Shown here one piece after another: positions 40,432-50,339 of a stretch of DNA of 64,000 nucleotides (within the stretch, counting starts at the first letter, position 1; each line of letters opens with the position of its first letter). This DNA comes from an uncultured Pseudomonadota bacterium. Lineage in GTDB: Bacteria; Oederibacteriota; Muellerivitia; Muellerivitales; Muellerivitaceae. A model generated the notes under the pieces. The model saw only the letters and a program-made list of their open reading frames with translations, was not told where the DNA came from and made no database searches. The stretch lies in the NCBI GenBank assembly GCA_963770835.1, contig CAVYRH010000003.1, positions 96,001-160,000 on the forward strand, given 5' to 3'. The translations under genes and the position numbers were made by a program.

Positions 40432-41875
40432 ATAAGGGAAATAAGGGCATTTCCGAGTCGGCAGCCGCCCAACTGGCCGGATTAGGCCCCGATAGAGGTC
40501 TCAAGCCGGGGGTGAAGGCGGCCGGGGTCGAAACCCAGAAGCTATGGCCATATCCCCCCATCCCCCCCGAAACCAAGGACATGGTCCGGCGGACCTTGGG
40601 GGTCGCCATCGACCAGCAGCTGACCGAGGCAGGGGTAAAGGGCCTGGTGGGCTTTGTTCAAGACGGCCATAAGCCCGAGGACTATGGTTCTGGGAGCAAA
40701 GAGGCGGATAAGCCGGTTCCAAAAAAGGGAAAAAACCAACAGCCCGAATATAAGCCAGTTCCTATCGACAGAATGCGGATAAATCTAATTTGGACCTTCG
40801 AACCTCTTCAACCGGCCGAAATTGAACGGAAGGCCCTCTCCATGAAACTAACGGGGTTTGTTAAAGAAATCATGGTCCGAACCCTTTTGGATGAGGAACG
40901 GGCGGCTGACCCGGACCATGATTTTGAGGTATTCGACGGTGTGGATACATTTGAAGCGGCGAAAAAATTGGGTATGCCGACGCTTCAAGCCTACGTGTAT
41001 TCCGATATGGATCAATGGGGGGCCATTGGGGTCCTCAATATGCTGAGCCGTGTTACCAGAACCAATACATGGATTGATACTTTTGGCGCTATAGAAAAAC
41101 TTTTAGAGCTTGATCCAAAAAGCACGGTGACTGACGAGGCCATAGCGTTAGGGGAAGATCCGGCCCTGGCAAAAGAAATCTTTCCGGTCATGGTTCTTCT
41201 CAATAAAGCCGCGAGGAACGCGATCATGCAAAGCATCTACAAGTGCCATGAGGGAAGAATGGATAACGGCGGTTATCGGTTTGTTGAGGAATTATCCATA
41301 CCCCTAATTCGCCTGGAAAAATTCTCTAAAGATTTAACGGAAACCCAAGCCCTCGTCGAAAAGGTCGTCAATGTCGCCATTGAAAACGAAATGGGTGAAG
41401 ACGAAATCGAAGAACTTGTGGATTGGGCTTTGGATGGCAAAGACCCCGGGGAATATTTTGTAAAAGAGGCCTGAGGATTAAGTTGCGGGATACGAAAGGG
41501 TTAGGCCAAGGCAGAAAGCCTGTTTTAATTTTTTGTTTAAAGCTGGCGTAATAGGTTATCGAGGTTTTTATGAACGAAAGAATTTCAAGTTTTGATGAAT
41601 TTAATCAGCGCCGCGAATTATGGTACAAGTGCCTTTGCGGCGATGACTCCAATTCAATAGTAAATCAAATGACTCGAATGACATGGAATTCTGCTGTTTG
41701 GAGATTTATTATCGAATGTCGGAAAATAGGACCACGAGACTCAAATAATAGAATTCAATTAAATGGGATGATTTCAAGATTTGTTGACGAATGTTTTGTT
41801 GAAAATCAATTGTTACATATTCGTCGCTTGGTTGACGGTTACTCAATTGACGATGATCCCAATAAGGATGTTTAT

Positions 41876-42438
41876 AAAACTTGCCAGAAAACCCCAGGCT
41901 TTTAAGCCTGGGGATGAATGGCTGCCCGGAGGCCCGACAGGTTTTTTGTCGGGCCGCAGGCCATAAAATATGGCATGCTTTGGTCATGTCAAAATACTGG
42001 GTAGGGGCACACACCAAGCACCGTCTGCAATTTCATCTCGTTTGGATACCGAAGTACCGGAAGCGAGTCTTGGATAGCAAAATAGCCGTCCGCCTGCAGG
42101 AGCTGTTTAAAGAGGCGGCCCAAGTAAACCGATGGGAAATCCACGAGTTAAATATTCAACGAGATCACGTGCATATGCTGATCCAGGTTGAGCCAAGGGT
42201 GAGTGTAGCCAAAGTAGTACAGATTCTAAAAGGTGGGACAAGTATCAAGATAAGGGAAGAATTTCCAGCTTTGCAGGAGTTCCTTTGGGGCGATAGTTTT
42301 TGGGCGGACGGGTATTTTGCGGAAAGTATAGGTACGGTGCAGGAAGAAATGATTCGCAAGTATATCCGGGAGCAACAGCATGACCAAAGTATGCTGAAAG
42401 GCTGAAACCCCGGGCTTTAGCCCGGGGAGTAGCTTCAT
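41876..42438 (+). mobile_element. IS200/IS605-family element (tnpA only), inserted 3' of TTTAT with no duplication
   Basis: Sub-terminal hairpins CCCCAGGCTTTTAAGCCTGGGG and CCCCGGGCTTTAGCCCGGGG; boundaries uncertain by 1 nt. Confidence 0.88.
41986..42405 (+). CDS. tnpA: IS200-family HUH (Y1) transposase
   Basis: HLVWIPKYRK, DHVHML, LKGGTS, FWADGYF, YIREQ. Confidence 0.95.
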   Translation: MSKYWVGAHTKHRLQFHLVWIPKYRKRVLDSKIAVRLQELFKEAAQVNRWEIHELNIQRDHVHMLIQVEPRVSVAKVVQILKGGTSIKIREEFPALQEFLWGDSFWADGYFAESIGTVQEEMIRKYIREQQHDQSMLKG

Positions 42439-43198
42439 TCTTTGATTTCTTTATTAAGCGACTTAATTAAACATTCTCACTTAATTACTCGTGAAAATAT
42501 TTTCTTATCAGAGGGCCGTGAATACGATATTGAAAAAGCTAAAGAAGCATTTTTTAAAAAAACAGCAGATAATTCAGGCGATTTTGAAGCCCATATAATT
42601 CAACCCGATGAAGATTATATGGGTAGTAAAAAAAGACATGAAGAATTTGATTTTCTTGGCGGTGTTAAACCCCAAGATAGAAAACCCGACGATTCAATTA
42701 AAAAAGGCCTTTTGGAAAATTTGAAAAAACGGATTATTGAGACATCTCAAAAAATAAAAATCTATTCTAACAAATTTCTTGCACATCCCGCGACTCCGGA
42801 AAGTCGCCAGATAGTGGAAATCGATCCGCTTTTATGGAATGATATTTTTAATGCCCAAAAGTTATTTACTCAAATAGTTTGTTTTTTAAGTTCTCATCTC
42901 TTCAAAACTTCCATCACTTCCTTTATTCCGGTCGTGCCGTCTAATAAATTAGAATTCTTGGAACGCCCATTGGTATTAGAAAAAGACTTAGTGAAAGTTA
43001 ACGAAATGTGGGGCCAAATCGAAATTGAATCAAAAAAATGGAAAGACTGGAATAATTCTGAATTTTTAAAAGGTCTCTAAAAATTTAAAAAAATCTGAAA
43101 AATCCCATTAATCAACTCTTGTGTTATCATACGGCTCTTCTTAAAGGCCCCTTTAGGGGCTTTTTTATTATCCAGGGGGATCATCGTGGCGGAAATGG

Positions 43199-43690
43199 TT
43201 GATGCCCATGAATAGACTTCATCTGTATCTGGACACGACAATTTGGAATTTTCCCTTTGTGGAAGACGCACCCGACAAGCGAGAGGATACGCTGGAGTTT
43301 TTTAGGCTGATTCGCTGGGGCCGGCATGAAGTTTACTATTCCGAGGTAGTGCAAGAGGAGATCGAAAGAGCTCCGCGGGTTCGACGGGATCACATCATGA
43401 AACTTTGGGCGGAAGTTTCCCCGAAACCTCTTTTGAATACAATGGCGATGCAAAGATTGGCCGGGGAATATATTAAGTTGGGGGTTTTTCCGGTAAAATC
43501 AAAAGCGGATGCCCTTCATGCCGCGTGCGCTACGGTGCATAGGATGGATGCTTTGGTGAGTTGGAATTTCAAACATTTGGCGAACCTCGGGCGAAGGGCA
43601 AAGGTAAATATCGTGAACATAAAGTTGGGATATAATCATCCTTTGGAATTGGTTACGCCTTTGGAGGTGATGGGCGATGAAAAAGATTAA
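43199..43690 (+). CDS. PIN-domain protein (VapC-like toxin)
   Basis: LYLDTTI, DALHAA, LVSWNFKHLAN. Confidence 0.85.
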   Translation: MMPMNRLHLYLDTTIWNFPFVEDAPDKREDTLEFFRLIRWGRHEVYYSEVVQEEIERAPRVRRDHIMKLWAEVSPKPLLNTMAMQRLAGEYIKLGVFPVKSKADALHAACATVHRMDALVSWNFKHLANLGRRAKVNIVNIKLGYNHPLELVTPLEVMGDEKD

Positions 43691-43859
43691 ATACAAGGAA
43701 CCCGAAGGCGTGCTGGAAGTAAGGGAATGGAAGCAGGAGGTTTCGGAAGAAATCGCGAAATACGGTTGGGACGGATTTCACCGTAAGGCGGCCAAGACCG
43801 CCAAGGAATTCGACAGGCGGGTCAAGGAACTGCGCCGCTCAAAATCCGCGAAAACCTAA
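43677..43859 (+). CDS. Small protein overlapping the PIN gene, probable antitoxin
   Basis: 60 aa, charged, own GGAGG RBS. Confidence 0.6.
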   Translation: MKKIKYKEPEGVLEVREWKQEVSEEIAKYGWDGFHRKAAKTAKEFDRRVKELRRSKSAKT

Positions 43860-44117
43860 TGACTTCTTCAATCTAAGGTTTTGCCAAAAGCTTGTGTTTT
43901 GGTATGATACGGCTCCTTTTAGGGGCCTTTTTCATTTTTGACGTCATTGCGAGGAATGCCCGGCGAATAGCCGGGCGAAAATGACGAAGCAACCCCAGTC
44001 TAAATAAAATTCCAGACTTTGGGAAAAGGCTTATTAAAACTGAGGTTGCCACGTCGTAAACGATCGCCTGTTCGGCGATCACTCCTTGCAATGACAGCGA
44101 TAAGGTAAGGGATTTCA

Positions 44118-45908
44118 ATGAGTGAAATGCTAGGCGGCTGGAAAAGATCACATAAGTGCGGCGACCTTCGGGCCGCCGACATCGGGAAGACTGTGACCCT
44201 GATGGGCTGGGTGCACCACCGCCGGGACCACGGCGGGCTGGTGTTCGTGGACCTGCGCGACCGCTATGGCGTGACCCAGGTCGTGTTCGACCCCCAATTG
44301 GCCGACAAGGTCCACAAGCAATCCCACCTGATCCGCAGCGAATGGGTTTTGGCGATCAAGGGTGAGGTGGCCAAGCGCCCTGAGGGGACCATCAACCCAA
44401 AGATCGCCACCGGTGAGATTGAAATCCGCTGCTCCGAAGTGAAGGTTTTGAACGAATCCCAAACCCCGGTGTTTCCCATTGAGGACGACGTGGATGTGGC
44501 CGAGGAAACCCGGATGGAATACCGGTATCTTGACCTGCGCCGGGAATCCATGAAAAACAAGCTGATCGCCCGCCATAAGATGGCGATGGCCGCCCGCAAT
44601 TACATGAGCGAAGAGGGCTTCCTGGAAATTGAGACCCCTATCCTCATCAAGAACACCCCCGAAGGTTCCCGCGAGTACGTGGTGCCGAGCCGGGTCAATC
44701 CCGGCAAGTTTTTCGTGCTTCCCCAGAGCCCCCAGCAATTAAAGCAGACCTGCATGATCGCCGGCTTGGACAAGTATTTCCAAATCGCCAAGTGCTTCCG
44801 GGACGAGGACCTCCGCGCCGACCGCCAACCTGAATTCACCCAGATTGATATCGAAATGTCCTTCATCGATGAGGAAGACATCTACCGGGTGGGGGAAGGG
44901 CTGATGAAGGCCATTTTCAAGGGAGCGCTAGGCGAGGATTTGAAAATCCCATTCCAGCGTTTAACTTATGACGAAGCGGTCGAGCGTTACGGCAACGACA
45001 AGCCTGACCTGCGTTTCGACCTGCCGCTGGTGAACGTCAGCGTCATCGCCGCCAAGTCCGACTTCAAGGTGTTCAAGGATGTGATCGCCCGGGGCGATAT
45101 CGTGAAGGCGCTCAACGCCAAGGGCTGCGCCGAATTTTCCCGCAAAGACCTGGAGGACCTCACGGGTTTCGTCGGTAAGTATGGGGCAAAGGGTATGGCT
45201 TGGTTCAAGGTGAAGGACGGCAAGCTCGACTCCAATATCGTCAAATACTTCCAGCCGGAGGTTCAGGCTGAATTTCTCAAGGCTTTAAAGGCCGAAGAAG
45301 GGGATTTGCTTCTTTTTGGCGCTGATCAGGCTTCCATCGTGAATGATTCCATGGGGGCCTTACGGGTGGAAATCGCCAGCCGGAAGGGTTTGATTGAAAA
45401 GGGGACAAAATGGGCTTTCGCCTGGGTGACGGATTTTCCGATGTTCGGAAAAGACGAGAAGGGACGGCTTTTTTCCATGAACCATCCCTTTACCGCGCCC
45501 CGAGAAAAGGACATGCCCCTTTTAGACAGCGACCCGACCCAGGTGACAGCCCGGGCTTATGACATGGTTTTGAACGGTTTTGAATTGGGAAGCGGGACGA
45601 TCCGTATCCATGATTCGGCTTTGCAATCCAAAATATTCAGCCTGCTGGATATTTCGAAGGAAAAAGCCCAGGAACGTTTCGGCTTCCTGCTCAAGGCCCT
45701 CACTTACGGCGCGCCGCCCCATGGTGGCATGGCCGTTGGGTTGGACCGTATCGCCATGCTATTAACCGGCGCCCCCAATATCCGGGACGTTATCGCCTTC
45801 CCGAAGACAGCCAAAGCCACCGACTTGATGACCGGTTCGCCCTCCGAAATCGACGCCGAATTGATGAAGGAACTGAAGATCAAGATCGAATTGGAAGATC
45901 TAACTTAA
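44118..45908 (+). CDS. aspS: Aspartate--tRNA ligase
   Basis: RRDHGGLVFVDLRDRYG, LPQSPQ, CFRDEDLRADRQPEFTQID, GAPPHGG. Confidence 0.97.
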   Translation: MSEMLGGWKRSHKCGDLRAADIGKTVTLMGWVHHRRDHGGLVFVDLRDRYGVTQVVFDPQLADKVHKQSHLIRSEWVLAIKGEVAKRPEGTINPKIATGEIEIRCSEVKVLNESQTPVFPIEDDVDVAEETRMEYRYLDLRRESMKNKLIARHKMAMAARNYMSEEGFLEIETPILIKNTPEGSREYVVPSRVNPGKFFVLPQSPQQLKQTCMIAGLDKYFQIAKCFRDEDLRADRQPEFTQIDIEMSFIDEEDIYRVGEGLMKAIFKGALGEDLKIPFQRLTYDEAVERYGNDKPDLRFDLPLVNVSVIAAKSDFKVFKDVIARGDIVKALNAKGCAEFSRKDLEDLTGFVGKYGAKGMAWFKVKDGKLDSNIVKYFQPEVQAEFLKALKAEEGDLLLFGADQASIVNDSMGALRVEIASRKGLIEKGTKWAFAWVTDFPMFGKDEKGRLFSMNHPFTAPREKDMPLLDSDPTQVTARAYDMVLNGFELGSGTIRIHDSALQSKIFSLLDISKEKAQERFGFLLKALTYGAPPHGGMAVGLDRIAMLLTGAPNIRDVIAFPKTAKATDLMTGSPSEIDAELMKELKIKIELEDLT

Positions 45909-46025
45909 AACTTAAATTGCTGTCATTGCGAGGAATGCCCGCCGGATAGGCGGGCGTTGATGACGAAGCAACCCCAGTTTAAATAAGCATTTACGACTAT
46001 TACTAATAAGCAGGATGAGAAAAAT

Positions 46026-46838
46026 ATGACCGTTGTTTTAGGAATCGACGCTGCCTGGACTGAGAAGGAACCCAGCGGCGTGGCCTTAATCCGTGGCAAT
46101 GGTTCAAACTGGCGGTGTGTGGCCGTCACCCCCAGCTATGAAAGCTTCTTATCCCTTGCCAATGGGATGCCGGTTGATTGGACCCAAAAGCCGGCGGGAA
46201 GCCAGCCGAATGTGGAAGCTCTATTAGAGGCGTCTCAAAAACTCCTGCGCGGTGCGGAGGTCAATGTGGTGGCTGTGGATATGCCCCTCTCCAAAAAGCG
46301 CATCCGGGGCCGTCGTGAGGCAGATAAACAAATTTCAAGGAAATTTGGAAAGTATAACTGCTCTGTTCATTCCCCTAGTGAAGAGCGTCCAGGGAAAATA
46401 ACTGATCTTATGCGCAAGGAATTTGAAAAACATAAGTTCTCCCTCGCTACAAAAGCGACTAAAAATAGAAAACATCAAACTCTCTTGGAAGTCTATCCCC
46501 ATACCGCATTATTGAAACTCTTCAACGACCCTAAACCAGATCGGGTTAAATACAAGGTATCCAAAGCGGCGAAGTATTGGCGCTCTTACTCACAGGAAGA
46601 AAGACGTCGAAAGATCCTAAAAAATTGGGAAAAAATACTGAAACTGTTGGGCTCAACTATCAAGGAAATTAAAATTCACCCCAATGGGGAAAGCCTCGGA
46701 GGACTTAAGCGCTATGAGGATGCGATCGACGCCTTGATTTGCGCGTGGGTCGGGATCGAATATATTGCCGAGCGAGCGATTCCTTATGGTGACGAAACCG
46801 CCGCGATTTGGACGCCTAAACTATCAAACCAAACTTAG
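46026..46838 (+). CDS. DUF429-family predicted nuclease (RNase H fold)
   Basis: LGIDAAW, VAVDMP, LEVYPH, EDAIDALICA. Confidence 0.82.
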   Translation: MTVVLGIDAAWTEKEPSGVALIRGNGSNWRCVAVTPSYESFLSLANGMPVDWTQKPAGSQPNVEALLEASQKLLRGAEVNVVAVDMPLSKKRIRGRREADKQISRKFGKYNCSVHSPSEERPGKITDLMRKEFEKHKFSLATKATKNRKHQTLLEVYPHTALLKLFNDPKPDRVKYKVSKAAKYWRSYSQEERRRKILKNWEKILKLLGSTIKEIKIHPNGESLGGLKRYEDAIDALICAWVGIEYIAERAIPYGDETAAIWTPKLSNQT

Positions 46839-49007
46839 CCTGAACAGTTCACAGAAGTAAGCAGTTTTCGGGTTTTTGAATTCCTTCGGTAGCCAGCCTT
46901 CTTTCATCAACCTCTTCCCGGATAATTTCAGTTCTTCGCACTGAATTCCGTAGGTTTGATCCGCCTTTAACCCTTTCAACCTTAACCCTTCCACCCTTTC
47001 CCTTTTTCCGGGCCGTTTTACCTGGAATACGAAAACCAGGGCCTCCCTTTGGTCGGGGCTCACGAACATCCAGGAAGCGCGGTTGGATTGATAAGGGTTC
47101 TCTAAACGGTAGAAATCGCCGAATTGGACGATGGGGCGGATTTCCTTATAGAGCCGGATATAATCCGCCAGTTCCTTGATCTCGGCCGGTTTCCACTTCG
47201 TAATGTCCGCTTCCACCCCGAAGTTGCCCGACATGGCCACCAGGCAGCGCCACTTGAGGGGTAGGGAGCGGTGGGTTTGGTGGTTGGGCACGCTGGAGAC
47301 GTGGGCCCCGGTGACGATGGGGGGATAACAGAAACTGGTGGTGTACTGAATGAAGAGGCGGTCCAGGCCGTCGGTGTTGTCGGAAGCCCAAATCTGGGGG
47401 TGGTAGCTCAAGAGCCCCAGGTCGAACCGGGCCCCGCCGCCCGCGCAGCCCTCGAAAAGCACCCTGGGGAAGCGGCTGTTGAAGCGGTCCATGAGCTCGT
47501 AAACGCCCATCATGTAGCGGTGGTAAAGCTCCCTTTGCCGGGAGGGCGGCAGGATTTCGTTGCCCACCTCCGAAAGGGACCGGTTCATGTCCCATTTCAC
47601 ATAATCCACCCGGGCATCCTCCAGAACTTTCCCGATAGTTTCAAACAGGTAATTCCTGATTTCCGGGCGGCTCATATCCAGGACCAGCTGGCTGCGGGCC
47701 GTGCGGCGTTCCCGGCCCTTCACATGCAGGCACCAATCGGGGTGTTTTTTGTAAAGAAGGCTCTTGGGCGAGACCATCTCAGGCTCGATCCAGAGGCCGA
47801 ACTTCATTCCCAAACCGTGGATGTCGTCGGAAAGGGCCCTTAGTCCGTGGGGAAGCTTCTTGCGGTCGACGGTCCAGTCGCCCAGGGAAGTGGTGTCGTC
47901 GTCCCTCCGCCCAAACCAGCCGTCGTCCAGCACCATCAGTTCGAGGCCCGCCTTCTCGCCGGCCCTTGCGATTTTGAGGATGCGGTCGTGGTTGAACTTG
48001 AAGTAAGTGGCTTCCCAGTTATTGATGAGCATGGGCCGGGGCTTTTGCGCCCAGTGTCCCCGGACCACCCGTTCGCGGACGAAACGGTGGTAATTAAGGC
48101 TGAGCCTGGAAAAACCATTGGGGGAATAGGTCATGACGCATTCGGGGGTCGTAAGGCTTTCCCCCGGCCCTAGGCGCCATTGGAAGTCAAAATCGTTCAG
48201 GCCGGCGTTCAGCCGGAGGCCGCCGGTCCTGAAAAGCTCGGCCTCCATGAGCCAATTGCCGCTGTAGGCCAGGGCGAACCCATAAACCTCCCCTTTTTCC
48301 TCGTCCACTTCGCCCCGGGTGACCATTGCGAAGGGATTCATTTCGTGGGAGGAAATGCCCCGGCGGCTTTCCAGGCGGGTAATGCCTTGTTGCAAGGCCC
48401 CTTCTTCCATGCGGCGCTCGTGAGCCCAGGCGCCCGGAAAACGGATGAGGCGGTAAGGGCCGGGAGTCAAGTCCATACTGGCGCTCATCAACTTGAGGAT
48501 ATGAAAAGGTTTGGCCCCTTTGTTCCTCAAGATGGCCCGGCGCACCAAGATGTCCCTATGGGGATAGAGCGTGTAGTAAAGCTCCATCTCTTGCTTTGCA
48601 AGTTTGTCCACCAGCTTGATTTTGAGGGTTTGGGCCCCATCGCTGTTTTCCACACGGGAAGAAGGGCCGGGGCCGAAACCGGGTTTGCCGTCCGTAATTT
48701 CGTGGGAGGTGTAGAGAAACTCGCTGATGCGGGAACCATCGGCCTGTTCCACCCGGTAGGCGGGGGCCCGCAAGTCATTGTGGCCGAAGTCGGGAAACTC
48801 CCGAAACTGGAATTCCCGTGAGATATGGTGGCCCGTTTCCACGGCCCTTTTTTTCCAATCGGTGATGAGCTTTTGCGATCCGGCGGGGGAGAAGGGCCGG
48901 CCCCAATAGAGATGGTGGAGGTCGCCCATGGGCGAAACGCCCAAAAGGTAGGTGAAACCGTCAGATTTCAGCACGAAAGATTTTTGGCCCGGATGAAAGG
49001 TGATCAT
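46824..49007 (-). CDS. Alpha-galactosidase GH36
   Basis: INNWEATYF, LDDGWFG, FGLWIEPEMV, YVKWDMNR, WASDNTD. Confidence 0.93.
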   Translation of the reverse strand: MITFHPGQKSFVLKSDGFTYLLGVSPMGDLHHLYWGRPFSPAGSQKLITDWKKRAVETGHHISREFQFREFPDFGHNDLRAPAYRVEQADGSRISEFLYTSHEITDGKPGFGPGPSSRVENSDGAQTLKIKLVDKLAKQEMELYYTLYPHRDILVRRAILRNKGAKPFHILKLMSASMDLTPGPYRLIRFPGAWAHERRMEEGALQQGITRLESRRGISSHEMNPFAMVTRGEVDEEKGEVYGFALAYSGNWLMEAELFRTGGLRLNAGLNDFDFQWRLGPGESLTTPECVMTYSPNGFSRLSLNYHRFVRERVVRGHWAQKPRPMLINNWEATYFKFNHDRILKIARAGEKAGLELMVLDDGWFGRRDDDTTSLGDWTVDRKKLPHGLRALSDDIHGLGMKFGLWIEPEMVSPKSLLYKKHPDWCLHVKGRERRTARSQLVLDMSRPEIRNYLFETIGKVLEDARVDYVKWDMNRSLSEVGNEILPPSRQRELYHRYMMGVYELMDRFNSRFPRVLFEGCAGGGARFDLGLLSYHPQIWASDNTDGLDRLFIQYTTSFCYPPIVTGAHVSSVPNHQTHRSLPLKWRCLVAMSGNFGVEADITKWKPAEIKELADYIRLYKEIRPIVQFGDFYRLENPYQSNRASWMFVSPDQREALVFVFQVKRPGKRERVEGLRLKGLKADQTYGIQCEELKLSGKRLMKEGWLPKEFKNPKTAYFCELFRLSLV

Positions 49008-49207
49008 GTCGGCTGATTTTAACAGTTGAACCGATCCCGGGAGGAACTCTTTTAAAGACGCCGCCTTTCATTCCTGGCCAAGGCCGGGAATGAAAGGCAA
49101 CCGTGCCGAAGGCACGGCAAGGGAAGCTAGGTCTTCGTGGAGCCCCGGGTTTGCGCGGGGCTCCACCCTTGGGCCTGGAATCTTCGCGTTTGAGGGGTTC
49201 TCCTTTT

Positions 49208-49366
49208 GGTAATGCATCAGTTTGAAAAGAAAATGTTACTCCACCCTCACCCCGCCCTCTCCCCTCAAGGGAGAGGGGGAAACACCAATAAAAACCCTCG
49301 CCCCTTGGGGGAGAGGGTAGGGTGAGGGGTGCCTTAAGGTTGCCCAACTCAAAATGAGTCACTACC
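49208..49366. mobile_element. 159-bp MITE copy D (duplication CTCCTTTT/CTTCTTTT)
   Basis: Nearly identical to copy B. Confidence 0.83.
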
Positions 49367-49381
49367 CTTCTTTTGTACGCC

Positions 49382-49410
49382 TTGACGGGCCCCTTAAATG
49401 TTTTCATAAT
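49382..49410 (+). promoter_or_regulatory. Sigma70-like promoter
   Basis: TTGACG-17 bp-CATAAT upstream of the LysM gene. Confidence 0.5.
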
Positions 49411-49484
49411 GTTTTTGCGAGTGGCTGAAACCACCCATTCGATAAACTCAGTGCCTTAGGGGATCGAGGCGAAAGGGGCTATCG

Positions 49485-50048
49485 GTGACGGATTATAAAA
49501 AGTTTTTTCTGATGACGGTTTTAATCTCAGGTTTCATCTCCGGCGGTTGCGCGACAAACAAACGCATTGAAGGCAATGAGATCCCGGAACAGCCCCAAAC
49601 CAACGACAACACGGTTCCCGCCCAAGTCGAGGCACCCCCGGAGCCGCCGGCCACTGCCCCCACGACGGAAGCACCCCCCGCTCCTCCGGAAGCCCCGCCC
49701 GCCCCGCCTGAAGAAGTCCAGGCACCTCCAACCGAAGCGCCGACGACTCCCCCGGCCCCGCCTGCGGCAAACCCCTGCAACAAATATATCGTGGTCAGGG
49801 GGGATACCCTTTGGGATATTTCAGGGTCCAGCAACGGCTATAAAGATAACTTCGAATGGCCCCTCATCTTCAAAGCCAACCGGGACCAGATTACGGACCC
49901 GGACTTGATCTATCCCAAACAGGAATTTTGTATCCGGCAGGATTTCAGCGAGCAGGACATCAAAAAGGCCCGGAAGGACGCCATTGACACGCCCAAGTAT
50001 GTGCCGCATACCAAGCCCCGCGAGACCCTGCCGATTGATTATTTTTGA
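49485..50048 (+). CDS. LysM peptidoglycan-binding lipoprotein
   Basis: Lipobox SGGC, Pro/Ala linker, YIVVRGDTLWDIS...DPDLIYP. Confidence 0.88.
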   Translation: MTDYKKFFLMTVLISGFISGGCATNKRIEGNEIPEQPQTNDNTVPAQVEAPPEPPATAPTTEAPPAPPEAPPAPPEEVQAPPTEAPTTPPAPPAANPCNKYIVVRGDTLWDISGSSNGYKDNFEWPLIFKANRDQITDPDLIYPKQEFCIRQDFSEQDIKKARKDAIDTPKYVPHTKPRETLPIDYF

Positions 50049-50088
50049 GATGAAACGGGGCTTCGAGCCCCCTATGGATGGACAAACC

Positions 50089-50130
50089 GCTCCCTTTTCT
50101 TATCTTTATGAGAAAAGGGAGCTTTTTTTT
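50089..50130 (+). terminator. Intrinsic terminator
   Basis: GCTCCCTTTTCT/AGAAAAGGGAGC plus T8. Confidence 0.8.
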
Positions 50131-50185
50131 ACTTAGTTTTTACAAGTCCAGTTAAGCCTCTGTTAAAACAGCGGCACGAATTTTT

Positions 50186-50322
50186 GGTAGTGTCTTTACT
50201 CAAAGAAAACCCATTTCACCCTCACCCCGCCCTCTCCCCTCAAGGGAGAGGGGAAGAACCCGGGAAAACCCTCGCCCCTTGCGGGAGAGGGTAGGGTGAG
50301 GGGTGATTTAAGTGACTCTATT
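50186..50322. repeat. Degenerate MITE copy E
   Basis: GGTAGTG start and the same internal CCCTCACC/GGGTGAGGG hairpins; right end eroded. Confidence 0.65.
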
Positions 50323-50339
50323 TTCAATTGGAGGAACTA

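Larger units (their letters stand above)
38448..41474 (+). pseudogene. Tandem ParB-like/HTH protein interrupted by IS5 (576 aa when reconstructed)
   Basis: GLQNPIQV, TGEGRSRAA, MTQRQIADEM. Removing the IS and one ATAA joins 38448-39139 in frame to the 40512 ORF. Confidence 0.8.
41570..43080 (+). pseudogene. HEPN/AbiU2-like protein interrupted by an IS200-family element (315 aa when reconstructed)
   Basis: LHIRRLVD...KDVY|SLISLLSDL rejoin in frame; SNKFLAH is HEPN-like; AT-rich. Confidence 0.65.
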
